A stretch of DNA of 64,000 bases, from assembly GCA_032128875.1 (NCBI GenBank), contig JAVLKG010000001.1, positions 512,001 to 576,000 on the forward strand, written 5' to 3'. Below are positions 39,637 to 50,051 of the stretch, in pieces. The stretch comes from Candidatus Melainabacteria bacterium 17Bon1m (GTDB lineage: Bacteria > Cyanobacteriota > Vampirovibrionia > Obscuribacterales > Obscuribacteraceae). Below the pieces are notes generated by a model, which saw only the letters and a list, made by a program, of their open reading frames with translations, did not search any database and was not told where the DNA came from. Numbering within the stretch: the stretch's first letter is position 1; every line of letters begins with the position of its first letter. Position numbers and translations under genes: made by a program.

Positions 39637-40536
39637 ATGGAAACTAAAGCGATTTCCGATTTAGAAACAAGGCCTCAGAAAAAAGACACGCGCAAAGATT
39701 TCGGCTTAGGCGCAGGCTTTAGCGCAGGTACTCATACAGGCGGCGATAGCGCGCGTTTAATCGCTCTTGCACTGTGTGCCGCTGCAATATGCGCGATCTT
39801 CGCTTCTTTCGTCACCACAAGGGTTTCCGCTGCACCCGTCAAGCCTGTTTCTACCAACGCTACATCTAAGTCTCCAGTGTCTGCTAAGTCATACGCAGGC
39901 ATAAGCGCACGTCAGACAACAGGCTGGGGCATTTTTGAAATCAAAATCTGTCCCGCTGGAATTCGAATCGAGTCGCAGACTGGCGCAATACTCATTGCTC
40001 AACCGCCGGACTGGACCGTTTACATCTATCGAAAAAATCAGAAGAAAGCTGCAAAGATGAGCTATCAGCTCTATCGAACTAAAAATCGCTATGCGGTCAA
40101 ACTGTCTCAAATTCGTGAGAAGCCGCGCATGGTGAAGGTAGCAGGCGTCAACGCGCTGAGTTACAGCTTCGATGTTGGTCGGCCACTGGACGAAATGACC
40201 AGTCTTGGCAGTCTGTATCGTTCGAAACAGAATACGCAGATTGTGCAGCGCAAGGAGGTTACGTTCGCTCCCCATGCTGAATATCTTCCGAATCAAGCAA
40301 AGGAAATTTGGCGTTCGTACTTCGAGAGTCCTGTGATTGATGAGATTCCGCTGACAACGACCCTGTATTTTGCAAACGGCGAAAAGCGCGCCAGCATGGA
40401 CACAACGTCCTATTTGCGCGCCACGATGAAGCCCACCGATTTTGCAGTGCCGCCGGGATTGTCATTTACAGCGCAGTTCATTGAGATGATTTACGGGAAA
40501 GAAATGGAAGGTGTCGCTGACCTTTTATGGGAATAG
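39637..40536 (+). CDS. Exported hypothetical protein, paralog 1
   Basis: Hydrophobic leader; shares WG..IK.C..GIRIE...G.IL.A..P.W.V, QAKEIWR.YFE and MIYG..ME.VADLL with the next gene. Confidence 0.8.
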   Translation: METKAISDLETRPQKKDTRKDFGLGAGFSAGTHTGGDSARLIALALCAAAICAIFASFVTTRVSAAPVKPVSTNATSKSPVSAKSYAGISARQTTGWGIFEIKICPAGIRIESQTGAILIAQPPDWTVYIYRKNQKKAAKMSYQLYRTKNRYAVKLSQIREKPRMVKVAGVNALSYSFDVGRPLDEMTSLGSLYRSKQNTQIVQRKEVTFAPHAEYLPNQAKEIWRSYFESPVIDEIPLTTTLYFANGEKRASMDTTSYLRATMKPTDFAVPPGLSFTAQFIEMIYGKEMEGVADLLWE

Positions 40537-40587
40537 CAGCTTAGCACGTGTATTTGAAATCGGAATCCGCATAATCTCTTCACCTCA

Positions 40588-41373
40588 ATGCTCAATATTT
40601 TCAGAACAACGCTAATTGCTACCGTGGCTGCTGTTTTTGCCTGTAGCGAGCCCGCGCTCTCGGTCGGTCCGCCGGTGGCAACAAAAAACAGCGCTAAAAC
40701 TGATTCAAAGACTGACTCAAAATCATACAAAGTTTGGGAAGTTCATCAAAGCAGCAACTGGGGTAAGTCAACAATTAAGGCGTGTGCGGAAGGTATTCGC
40801 ATTGAAGCAAATCAGGGCTCGATCCTGGTTGCGAAAGCGCCCACGTGGGAAGTGGTGGTCTTTAGAAAGGGGCAGAAGAAAGCCAGTCGCAACTCATATG
40901 CGACGTTCATCACGAAGTATCCGACTCGCGCGCATGCAGAGAAGTTTCGAGGAAAGACGCGTGCAATCAAGCTTGCTGGCGCTCCAGCAGTGCAGTATGT
41001 ACTGCCGTTCAATCGAAGATTGGATGCGACAGACGGTTTTGGGCATACGTTTCAGGCTAAGTTGGAAACTCCATATGTCACCAATATGGTCATGACGATC
41101 GCCGCAGACTCTATCTCGCTGCCGCTGCAAGCCAAGGAGATTTGGAGAACTTATTTCGAATTTTCTTTCGTGGAAAAAGTTCCGCTCGAATACTATATGG
41201 AGCTTGGCGACGGCTCGAAGCGTTATCAATTTCAGACTCTGTCGCAGAAGTTCGTCACCGTTCCAGCCTCTGAATTCGAGCACCCAAAAGATTTAGCGTA
41301 CACTGGCGAATTCATGCAGATGATTTACGGACAGAAAATGGAAGATGTTGCCGACCTGCTGATGAGCCCTTGA
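40588..41373 (+). CDS. Exported hypothetical protein, paralog 2
   Basis: Signal peptide; tandem paralog of 39637-40536. Confidence 0.8.
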   Translation: MLNIFRTTLIATVAAVFACSEPALSVGPPVATKNSAKTDSKTDSKSYKVWEVHQSSNWGKSTIKACAEGIRIEANQGSILVAKAPTWEVVVFRKGQKKASRNSYATFITKYPTRAHAEKFRGKTRAIKLAGAPAVQYVLPFNRRLDATDGFGHTFQAKLETPYVTNMVMTIAADSISLPLQAKEIWRTYFEFSFVEKVPLEYYMELGDGSKRYQFQTLSQKFVTVPASEFEHPKDLAYTGEFMQMIYGQKMEDVADLLMSP

Positions 41374-41454
41374 ATGATAGGAGAGGGCTTTTACACCCCC
41401 TCCCGAGCAGAAACTCACGCTGTTTCTAGTTTTCTGTCTTTAGTGTTTTAATCT

Positions 41455-42843
41455 TTAGTTTTTTCCAGCTTGTTGAACCTGCGAGTACATGCCTTCGAAT
41501 TTCGCGGCATTGACGATGTAAAACTCGTTATTCGGTCCCATAATCAGATAGTCGCCAGCGCGTCCAGAACTTGTGCCTTCGAGCGATTGAACGCTGTAAT
41601 CGACCTTGAGTTTCATAGCGCGGGCAAGTGCTGTTTTTTCGAACACTCCCGAACCCGGAGTCACTTCACCGTACGTTTTGGCGAAGATGTCTGGCTTAAC
41701 CGTCCATGTGCTGCCGTCGGGACCTGTCACTTTCCAGTCACCCGCGTTGCCTGTGAGCGTGTCTCCGTTGGTTGATTTCCAACTCATGTCCTGCGTCAAC
41801 TGCTCAGCTTTCACTTGCCCGGCCTTCTTATAATAGAAATAGTTGCCGTCTCCTGCACCATCATGCTGGTGTTGAATTTGATCGATTTTCTGCTGTGCGG
41901 CTTGGTGAGCTTGGTAGTCTGAGTACCAGGCGCCTGGCGCTGCTGCGAATCCGTAGACTACTGATGTCGCCAAACTCTTGCCTCCTACACGGCTCCAGTT
42001 GACTTGTTCGCCTGCAATCCGGGCCGCTGTTATTTCAGATATGGCACCGCGGGCGGCACCAGCAATTGCGCTGGTTTCGATTTTCTGTGCAAATGGTGTC
42101 ATCAGTTTTGGAGCCGCAGCACCAATTGCCCAGCCGCCTAGGTAGGCTGTTCCCATTACTGCTGCATCAACTGCAAGATGCTCCGGGTTTATCATCTCTG
42201 ATGCTGTATTTTTCGCGCCAGTCCAGAGACTGTAGCTTTGCTCTTTTTGATCGTAGTAGTTAGAGCGTGTAAGAGCGGTATCAATTGTGCGCCCGCCTAT
42301 GCTCATGGCGCCGCCTTTGAGCGCGATGTTCATGTCGCTGGACATGGTTTTGTCCATAAGGAATTTAAAGGTAAGACCTTTAGCTGCACCCAGCGTGAGG
42401 TCTACAGCTTGCCCGCCAATTTTGTCTGCAGGCTTTGCTTCGTCTGCTGCAAAGAAGCCGGCGCTGGCGATGTACCCAGCTTTTCCGCCAAAGAATAACG
42501 CGCCAATCTTAAGACCCGCGCCACCGAGCTGCGAAATATCGTTCTGCCATTTGAGTTTATTCTTGTCTTTATCTACAGCTTGATTGATCTCGTCGCGCAT
42601 CTTTTCGAGCGCATCAACGTCATTGTTTTTTACATGCGTGATGGCTCGCTGCTCAACTTCTTCGAGTTGCTTAAACGACTTCTCGTCAGCGCCATAAACC
42701 CAGTCGAAGGCTTTTCCCAGATAGCTTCGTTTGCTGTCAGCATAGCGATGCTGATCGATTTCGTTACGCATGCTCACGAGAGCGTCTGCGGTCTCCTTAC
42801 TAACTTGGGTTCCTGCCTGCGCAGTAGTAATAACGTCCGCCAT
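41455..42843 (-). CDS. Gly/Ala-rich helical protein with C-terminal tandem PGDYG-like domains
   Basis: GNAGDWKVTGPDGSTWTVKPDIFAKTY and GRAGDYLIMGPNNEFYIVNAAKFEGMY. Confidence 0.75.
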   Translation of the reverse strand: MADVITTAQAGTQVSKETADALVSMRNEIDQHRYADSKRSYLGKAFDWVYGADEKSFKQLEEVEQRAITHVKNNDVDALEKMRDEINQAVDKDKNKLKWQNDISQLGGAGLKIGALFFGGKAGYIASAGFFAADEAKPADKIGGQAVDLTLGAAKGLTFKFLMDKTMSSDMNIALKGGAMSIGGRTIDTALTRSNYYDQKEQSYSLWTGAKNTASEMINPEHLAVDAAVMGTAYLGGWAIGAAAPKLMTPFAQKIETSAIAGAARGAISEITAARIAGEQVNWSRVGGKSLATSVVYGFAAAPGAWYSDYQAHQAAQQKIDQIQHQHDGAGDGNYFYYKKAGQVKAEQLTQDMSWKSTNGDTLTGNAGDWKVTGPDGSTWTVKPDIFAKTYGEVTPGSGVFEKTALARAMKLKVDYSVQSLEGTSSGRAGDYLIMGPNNEFYIVNAAKFEGMYSQVQQAGKN

Positions 42844-43126
42844 GATATGCCCCCCAACCCAATAATTCGAGTGGATGCAAAAACCGCAGCATGTGCGCCG
42901 CGTTTTACGCTAATTTTTCCCGGAGTAAGACAGCCGCGACTTCGCCGCGGTGTTCAGTATGTTAGGAACAGATGAGGTTTCCAGCCGATGTAGGTTTGTA
43001 TACGGCAAATACGATAATTGGACACAGAATCGAACAGCGAAGTGAAAGGATTGTTTTCACAGAGACGCGAACTCAACGTAAAATGAGGAAAACGTCCACT
43101 GGTGGGATGTTAAGGGGCTTGGTGAA

Positions 43127-43906
43127 TTGGACGTGCGGATCTATATATTGATTTCGATCTTGGCACTGATTTTTTGCGCGCCCGCAAACGCTACGGACAA
43201 AGAGAGCGATATAGAAACAAATCGTCCCAGCTTCACTTTCTCTTCGATTGTTGTACCGAAAGGTAGTATCCAGATAGAGAATGGCGGGCAGTTCGTCTCT
43301 CTAGATTCGAGAAAGGGGATTATTGATCTTCCGGAGACACAAATTCGTTTGGGGTTGCTCGAAAAAACCGAGTTTCAAATGTTTGTGCCTAATTATCTCC
43401 TGTTTCACAGACCCGGGCAGACAAATGATGGCGTCACAGATCTAGAAGAGATCGGAATAAAGCAACAACTGCCGCTTATCAAAGGTATCCAATCTTCATT
43501 CATTGGTTCTGTGAACCTACCGACTGGGCGGAGGTTTATAAGCGGACCTGGTGTTCAACCAGTCTTTAGATTGCCGACATCCATGCCAATCGGAAAGACG
43601 CATCAATTGTGTGTAATGCCGTCCTTCGCACTATTTGATTCTGGTCGCAACGCGGCGTATCAACAAACTGTGATGTACAACCATACCATTGGAAAAAAAG
43701 GCATCGTCTTTATAGAGTATGCGGGGTTTTTCAAACGCCAATCGCCGGTATTGAACTTTGCGCATTTTGGAGGGGAGTACAAGGTCACCCCTCATCAGCA
43801 AATAGACGTACATTTTGGAGTGGGCTTAAACAGAGAAGCGCCAAATTTCTTTGTAGGTGCTGGTTATTCGGTGCGAATCGACAAGTTTTGCAAGGCGTCT
43901 AAATAG
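43127..43906 (+). CDS. Putative outer-membrane beta-barrel (MetA-pathway/phenol degradation-like channel)
   Basis: Signal peptide; IETNRPSFT...VPKGSIQIENG, QIDVHFGVGL...FFVGAGYSVR. Confidence 0.75.
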   Translation: MDVRIYILISILALIFCAPANATDKESDIETNRPSFTFSSIVVPKGSIQIENGGQFVSLDSRKGIIDLPETQIRLGLLEKTEFQMFVPNYLLFHRPGQTNDGVTDLEEIGIKQQLPLIKGIQSSFIGSVNLPTGRRFISGPGVQPVFRLPTSMPIGKTHQLCVMPSFALFDSGRNAAYQQTVMYNHTIGKKGIVFIEYAGFFKRQSPVLNFAHFGGEYKVTPHQQIDVHFGVGLNREAPNFFVGAGYSVRIDKFCKASK

Positions 43907-43920
43907 CGCGAGTGCTTTTT

Positions 43921-44607
43921 CTAAATGGATTTAGATCTGCCCGGCGGGGTGTAGACGGTGATGCGGTCGTAGCTTCCCTGGCGAAATCTTGCGGTTATCG
44001 ATTCGTAATTGATGTGGCCTTTGCTAGTGTGCAGCATGCGCCCGTTGAGCACCAATCCGACATGATTCGCCTCACCATCCTTACCACCGCCGACACCGAC
44101 TATGTAGGTACCGTCTGGGTAAGATTTGCCGGGTACGAATTTCTCTGGCTTGTAGCCTTTGCTCTGGATCATAGAACCGAATTCCGATGCTCTAATGGTC
44201 ACATCGCTGGGTTTAATAATGCCGGCCATTACAGCTATATTGCTCTGGAAGATCGCGCAGCGTAAATTCTCGGGCACATCGAAGCCTTTAAATCTGCCCG
44301 ACTTAACGTCGAAGATGCTCGGATCCTGACTGCCTTGATACTGCATACCAATTGATTCCAGTCGGCGAATCTTTGCGTCAATATTGCCGCTGCTCAGTGC
44401 AGTGAAAGCGCTGGCAAATTCCAACTGCGCAGGCTCTGCTTCTTGCAGCTTTTTGAAAGGCTCTGGTTTGGTCATTGCCGCTAGAGAGCGCGTTGTGTTG
44501 ACGTCATCCATGAGGATGCGATCAGTCGAGTCAGATACCGTTTCTGCGGTTTTGACTTTGGACCGATCGCCTTCAACCCACGCATGCGGGGAGGCGTTCG
44601 TAATCAT
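43921..44607 (-). CDS. Protein with NlpC/P60-like (papain-fold) C-terminal domain
   Basis: RCAIFQS...HVGLV...MLH Cys/His pattern; no signal peptide; TTGACA-17-TACTAT promoter upstream. Confidence 0.6.
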   Translation of the reverse strand: MITNASPHAWVEGDRSKVKTAETVSDSTDRILMDDVNTTRSLAAMTKPEPFKKLQEAEPAQLEFASAFTALSSGNIDAKIRRLESIGMQYQGSQDPSIFDVKSGRFKGFDVPENLRCAIFQSNIAVMAGIIKPSDVTIRASEFGSMIQSKGYKPEKFVPGKSYPDGTYIVGVGGGKDGEANHVGLVLNGRMLHTSKGHINYESITARFRQGSYDRITVYTPPGRSKSI

Positions 44608-44794
44608 GGTAAGTCCTGGCAGTTATTACTGCGCTTCGAAGGAAGATGGGGAGGAAGAATTGAATAGTAACAAAGCATTACGGGCATGTCAAGAAGTTTT
44701 GGCGTGTCGAATCGCACTGTTGGTCACCTTATATGGTGCCTGTTTGATTCTTCGCGGAAAAATTTTTTTTCGTATACGCGCATTCCATGCCGTT

Positions 44795-44875
44795 TTCACG
44801 CTGAACTAACGCTATGTTCACGCTAATTCAACGCATGTTCACGATCTTTTCACGCTCTTTTCACACTGCGTCAAC
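44795..44875 (+). repeat. Array of 8 helically phased TTCAC/TCAAC boxes (11-bp period)
   Basis: Boxes at 44795, 44806, 44817, 44828, 44838, 44849, 44860 and 44871. Confidence 0.85.
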
Positions 44876-45426
44876 GCTTGCAATCTATTTATACGTTATA
44901 CGCTTAACCGTGCAAGACAAGGGAGTAAGACCTTCTCTCAAAGTCATCGGGCTTTTGAAGCATCTATTGATAGTTCAATTTATTTTTTGTGAAAACATGA
45001 AAGGAGGCACCATATACGGTGCCCCATAGATGGCGATGATTGAGTGCCTTCCGTGTGTTTTTTGCCAACAATCTCTTCTCTCGATCAAATTGCCGCAACG
45101 CTCGATTTCGCCACAGAGCGTGCCAGCCACAAAATTGCAAGAACTGTAATATAGATTAAAGATTGACCACCTATAGATTCCGGGCTTTGCCCTGTGTTTC
45201 TGTGCTAACGACAAGTGATTTCCGCCAGCCAATCCTGATATTGCAAATATCCAACCACCCGCCGAATCTCACAGCCTCGTACTTCACTCGTTTCTAAGCA
45301 GTAAACCCACAAAAAAATCTCGACCACCACTCCATAACGCCCATGCGGCGCACTATTGTGCACGCTGGTCGGATTTCTACTTGCGCTTTCGCGCCGCTCG
45401 CGGCGCGCGTATGAGCGCGAGAAAGG

Positions 45427-47298
45427 ATGCTAATGCCACCTACCGCCACGCACTCCGCGCAATTTGTTGAAAGAGACGAAAAGCCACGGACTGATTCATC
45501 GCCTTTAGCCTCAGCTTCAAACAACGACGCATTCGATAGTGATAAAGGTAATGAAACCTCATCGAATGCAAATGACAAAATCGCGGAGGCTGGCTCACAG
45601 AGCAGCAAAGGCGGGTTGAACGCATTCGACCTGTTGAATGACTCGGCTAAGTTGTTCAAGCAGGGTGGTGAATTGCTGGGATTTGGCTTGGCGCCTTCAG
45701 CGGATGTGCTTCCTCAATCTGATGTTTCCAAAATGACTCCAGCGCAGAAGGGCGCGCGTGGGTATCAGAATGCTGAGAGTCACGAAAATCAGTATATGAA
45801 ACTGAAAGAGCCGTATCAGCAGAAAACCTTTGATGAAGCTGGTTTGCATGCACCCAAAGACGCTTCTGTATCATTGAATGATAAGGGGCAGATTACTGGT
45901 TTTACCACATCGCCTGCACCTGGAAAAGCTGAAGGCGCTTCGTACAAGAACATAAAGTACGATGAAGGGGGTGCGATAAAGAGCTTCGAAACGCCGTGGG
46001 GAACAACGATTTCGCGCGTCGGTGACGCTGACAAAAATGGGTACGGCAAGTGGCAACAGACAAATAGCAGAGGGCAGCTCGTTAACTACCAGGGTGCAGA
46101 CGCAGCGCAATGGTATGGAAAGTCAGTCGTTGACGAGAAAGGCATGCACAACATCGTTGCTAGTCCTGGAGCCAAACAATGGAATATGTACTCTCGTTCG
46201 TTTGATGGAACATATACTGAGACAAATCCAAATGTCGAGAAGGGCGTGCTCAAAGGGTTTGAAACTACTACCACTCTAGCCGACAACACCAAAATTTCCA
46301 GCAAGTCTCATTTCGAGAAGGGCGACATTGTGCGTAATTCTTCCGTTGATTTGTTCGGTGCAAAAGGCGAGAAAAACTCAGTTGAAATGGACGAGTCGAA
46401 GAAGAGTGGAAAGTTTGTTTCGAGTGATGAGCTGAAGAAGCGCGAAGCACTTGCGGCGATGATGGACTTTGACAAAAATCCGATGTTCGACAACGTCAAT
46501 TCAATGAAATTGAATCGCAGGGGCAATAATCTCGATTTCTCTGCCGACCTAGACAAAGCGGTCAACATGCCGCCTCCCAATGTTCGTATTTATGGTGTTG
46601 GCGGATTCAAGCGAGCATCTGCCGTGCCGGTAAGCTCGCAAGTTGACGATCCAAGTGGCACCATTGTCACTCATCCGGAAAATCCCGGGCGCGTGGACAT
46701 TGTTAATATGCATGGATTCACGGGAGCTGCTCAAGCATATGGACCACTCGGGCGACCACGCGGGGTGCATGCGTCTTCAACCGATTCAATGACGATGTAT
46801 AGCGATCAGCATGGAAATGGGCATGTGGTCGCGCGTTCAGAACAGGCGTCCGTCGATCTGACTGCACAACACATGCGCGGTGGCATGTTCGGAGATATGC
46901 TCGCAAATCCGGCAAAGAAACAGCAATTTACTGATGGACTTGCAAAACTGCGCGATAATCTCGACAGCCTCGAATTCAAAAAGGATGCCAAAGGCGATTT
47001 GCATGGATCGTTTGATCCACGTGCGAGCGAAATTCCGATCAACAAAAATATAGCTCCTGGTTTTGATGCCACAAAGCTCTATTTCAACGAAGGCAAGCTA
47101 AATTTCGATGTGCACAAAATCCCGAACGGTAAGGAATTATCCTTCAAGGAAGGCGACTTGAAAGTTGGAGTCAACGTCCCTGTTCTGGGCGAAACAAAGT
47201 TGTCCGTATCAAAAGTGGTGACGACAAAGGACGCACAAGGCAAGCCGCACATAGAAGTCGAATTCCACGGAAAACCAGGCAGAACGAAAGTCTTCTAG
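45427..47298 (+). CDS. Large beta-rich hypothetical protein with YD-like segments
   Basis: 623 aa; disordered N-terminus, LNDKGQITGF and IKYDEGGAIKSF; no signal peptide. Confidence 0.75.
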   Translation: MLMPPTATHSAQFVERDEKPRTDSSPLASASNNDAFDSDKGNETSSNANDKIAEAGSQSSKGGLNAFDLLNDSAKLFKQGGELLGFGLAPSADVLPQSDVSKMTPAQKGARGYQNAESHENQYMKLKEPYQQKTFDEAGLHAPKDASVSLNDKGQITGFTTSPAPGKAEGASYKNIKYDEGGAIKSFETPWGTTISRVGDADKNGYGKWQQTNSRGQLVNYQGADAAQWYGKSVVDEKGMHNIVASPGAKQWNMYSRSFDGTYTETNPNVEKGVLKGFETTTTLADNTKISSKSHFEKGDIVRNSSVDLFGAKGEKNSVEMDESKKSGKFVSSDELKKREALAAMMDFDKNPMFDNVNSMKLNRRGNNLDFSADLDKAVNMPPPNVRIYGVGGFKRASAVPVSSQVDDPSGTIVTHPENPGRVDIVNMHGFTGAAQAYGPLGRPRGVHASSTDSMTMYSDQHGNGHVVARSEQASVDLTAQHMRGGMFGDMLANPAKKQQFTDGLAKLRDNLDSLEFKKDAKGDLHGSFDPRASEIPINKNIAPGFDATKLYFNEGKLNFDVHKIPNGKELSFKEGDLKVGVNVPVLGETKLSVSKVVTTKDAQGKPHIEVEFHGKPGRTKVF

Positions 47299-47332
47299 AC
47301 TTCACAATTCTGTAGGTAAGACTGTTGATGTT

Positions 47333-48745
47333 TCAGTTGAGATTGTCTTTGGGTCTTGCAAGACCTGATATCAAATTCGCGTCCGAAACTTCTTTCTCCG
47401 ACTCAGTTATGAATCCATGCATTGGCACTGTTGCCTCTGGGATAGCAGCGCTGCACGGAATAACGTCGGCTGGGACGGGCGTTTCTTGCGAGATCAGATT
47501 TCCTTGCACGCTCTGCTCTGAATCGGCGCTTGGACCGCCAACCGGATCGTCTTTTGGCGGTTCTTTCTTCTCATCGCCCGGAGTTGTTGGCGCGGATTTT
47601 GAAGGAGCGCTGGTGTTTCCTTTCGGATCTTTCTTTTTGCCTTTGTTCGGGTCTTGCTGTTTTGGCTTAGGCGGTGGATCTTGATAGCGCTTCTTCAGCT
47701 GACTGGTGTAGAGGAGAAGCGACGGTTTGGAGACAGCGCCTCTCAGTCCGTAGAAAAGACGGAAGTCCATCCCCGCGAGTCCAGGCAGGTTGTCGGTGCC
47801 GAAGTTGTACACTGGCTCAGCTCTGATAAAGCCCTGGAAGCCCGGAACTTTTTTGAAAAGTTGTTTGGCGACTTCGAAGTCGCAGATGATTGTTTGGCTG
47901 TTTACGTCGATTGATGCATCGCGGAATCCGCGGCGGAAGTTAACGAGATAGGTCATGTTTGCCGAAAAGGACCAAGGTCCGCGTTGATGCAATGCGCCAA
48001 TAGTAAAGAATGGGTCGATTTCACGATTTATGCCTCCAAAGAAATTCAAAGAGCGAAACTGCGCAAGAGCATTGAAATAAGCGATGGTGTTGTTTTTGAT
48101 CGGAATCGAGATGGTCGTGCTCGGGATGTAGTCGAAGATCGGGTCTGCGTTTGCTTGCCAGAGCTCCCGGGTCATCATTTGCAATTCAAGGTTGGCGCGT
48201 TTGGGCAGTGAAATGTTGTGTTCAATACCTGTGCCAATCTGGTTGATAAACGTATTCAGTGTGTTGAAGCGTGCCAGTTTATCGCGTAGATAGAAGTAGT
48301 TCACAAACGCGCGTGTGTTAGGCGTGAGGGACCATCCAGCGGTGATGTTCGGCGAAATACGATAGACACTGTCAGCTTGGCTGGCTCGATCTACTGCGGC
48401 ACCTAAAGCTATTTGATCGTCGGGTGATAAAGCACCGAACGGAACTCCCCGGTTGTAGGTCGCCGAGTTCAAAATATGGCGCTTCGTTGGAAATTGAAAA
48501 ACGTTCGTTTCAATACGACCCGAGGTTTCGCAGGTCGCGTTCATGTAAAAGCGAGAAGGCAGCCTTTGGAAAATCCGAAATTTCAGACTTTCTCCGACCG
48601 CTCGGCGTTCTTCCGGTAAGGGCAGAGGAACAACGTCTGTCGGCAATACGGTTGACCTACTAGCGCCGCCCACACCGCCAAGGTTATTCGTTGCTTGCGC
48701 CAAAGCTTCAGGTGCAAAAACAAAAGTGGCGAGAGAAAGCGCCAC
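47333..48745 (-). CDS. Putative outer-membrane beta-barrel protein with disordered tail
   Basis: Signal peptide, amphipathic aromatic-rich strands; same operon as the OmpH-like gene. Confidence 0.65.
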   Translation of the reverse strand: MALSLATFVFAPEALAQATNNLGGVGGASRSTVLPTDVVPLPLPEERRAVGESLKFRIFQRLPSRFYMNATCETSGRIETNVFQFPTKRHILNSATYNRGVPFGALSPDDQIALGAAVDRASQADSVYRISPNITAGWSLTPNTRAFVNYFYLRDKLARFNTLNTFINQIGTGIEHNISLPKRANLELQMMTRELWQANADPIFDYIPSTTISIPIKNNTIAYFNALAQFRSLNFFGGINREIDPFFTIGALHQRGPWSFSANMTYLVNFRRGFRDASIDVNSQTIICDFEVAKQLFKKVPGFQGFIRAEPVYNFGTDNLPGLAGMDFRLFYGLRGAVSKPSLLLYTSQLKKRYQDPPPKPKQQDPNKGKKKDPKGNTSAPSKSAPTTPGDEKKEPPKDDPVGGPSADSEQSVQGNLISQETPVPADVIPCSAAIPEATVPMHGFITESEKEVSDANLISGLARPKDNLN

Positions 48746-48786
48746 GCTTACTGCTCGCCACTTGTTTAGAGTCTTGGGTGCCAGTT

Positions 48787-49371
48787 CTACTTGGTAGATG
48801 TCTTGCTCTCCCCGGATGCCGTCGTTGCAGCAGGAGCTGCAGCTTTCTTGGCGCCAGGGGTGAGAGTCTTCACGATGTCTTCGGTTACATCAACACCGCT
48901 GTCGAGAACCTTTTGACCACCGGCGAAAACGCCTGCGCCATCAACAATCAAATCAAGTCCTTTGTCTTTTGCAACTTGGTTAACAGCGCCGAAGATGCGT
49001 TGTTGTTCCAATTGGTTTTGCGATTGAACCAGTTGAGCCAATGCTTGTTGCTTAGCTGCGAGTTCGGTTTGAACTTGTTGAACAATTTTCTTGATGTCTT
49101 CATCGGACTTTTTGTCTTCGCGAGCTTTTTGGATCGCCTTTTGTCCTGCTTCAATGTCACGACGGAGTTGGCTTTCTGCTTGATTCTTCAGAGCTTCGGA
49201 ATCGCTGCCTGTGCCACTAGCCTTGACCATCGCGAGATTGAAATAACCGATTTTCAGGCTTGTCGCGCTGGCTGTTTTTTGCGCGAACGCAGGACTGAGA
49301 GTCCCTGCTACGAGCAATGAAGCCAAAAGGGAGCCGCCCAGGATTTGTTTTGTGCTGCGTGCGAGTTGCAT
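48787..49371 (-). CDS. OmpH/Skp-family periplasmic chaperone
   Basis: GGAGG plus ATG at 49371; LKIGYFNL, coiled coil, VAKDKGLDLIVD...VDVTEDIVK. Confidence 0.88.
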   Translation of the reverse strand: MQLARSTKQILGGSLLASLLVAGTLSPAFAQKTASATSLKIGYFNLAMVKASGTGSDSEALKNQAESQLRRDIEAGQKAIQKAREDKKSDEDIKKIVQQVQTELAAKQQALAQLVQSQNQLEQQRIFGAVNQVAKDKGLDLIVDGAGVFAGGQKVLDSGVDVTEDIVKTLTPGAKKAAAPAATTASGESKTSTK

Positions 49372-49802
49372 GTATTCCTCCAACATCACCGAATCTGCAT
49401 CCACTTAGGATTGAATAAGCGCAGATTATATATCAATAGTTGGTATTTAAATCTATTGTTGTCGCCGGTACGCACCAATACGCAACATTCACTCATCATA
49501 AGCAAACTTTATCAGTTCACGCACATAAGTGAAAGAAGATTTGCTTTCAAAAACCAGAATTTTAACAGCTATAAAGCCTGTCAACAAGCGCACTTTGGAA
49601 GCTTTCTGCAAGTAACGCGTTAGGAGCGGATATGGCACCGTCGGCGGTATCTGAAAATTTATCGGTATGCCGGGATGGACCTTGATTTCCTTTGTATATA
49701 TAAGAGATGTATTACTATTTGAACATTTTTAATGTTGACAGTCGATCCTGCTGGCAACCCTGGCATTTTTGGTTGTCATGGATGGGCGGACTGCTTCTAG
49801 TC

Positions 49803-49834
49803 CAGAAGTTAAACCGTTATCGGTTTAACTTCTG
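49803..49834. repeat. 31-bp palindrome, copy 2
   Basis: Identical to 12701-12731. Confidence 0.85.
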
Positions 49835-49859
49835 AGGGACCTACTCGCGGAAATAACAG

Positions 49860-49890
49860 CAAGAGCCTGAGCTGTAAGCCCAGGCTCTTG
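49860..49890 (-). terminator. Possible intrinsic terminator hairpin
   Basis: CAAGAGCCTG-N11-CAGGCTCTTG, with a T-rich tail on the minus strand. Confidence 0.5.
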
Positions 49891-50051
49891 ACTGATTTCG
49901 CGTTCATTTTAAATCGTTTTTGGGGTAGTCGGCGCCTGGTTCTTGTTGTGTCTGCCGACTCGAAGCCGCGCGATTCCGAGCACCTTGACCCCTTAAGCGG
50001 TTTGATCCAAAGCAGTTTGATCCTAGGCAACTCACTCTGGAGCATCTGGAC

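Noticed and set aside
44795-44875. CRISPR array
   Set aside because: Degenerate 11-bp period with no unique spacers and no cas genes
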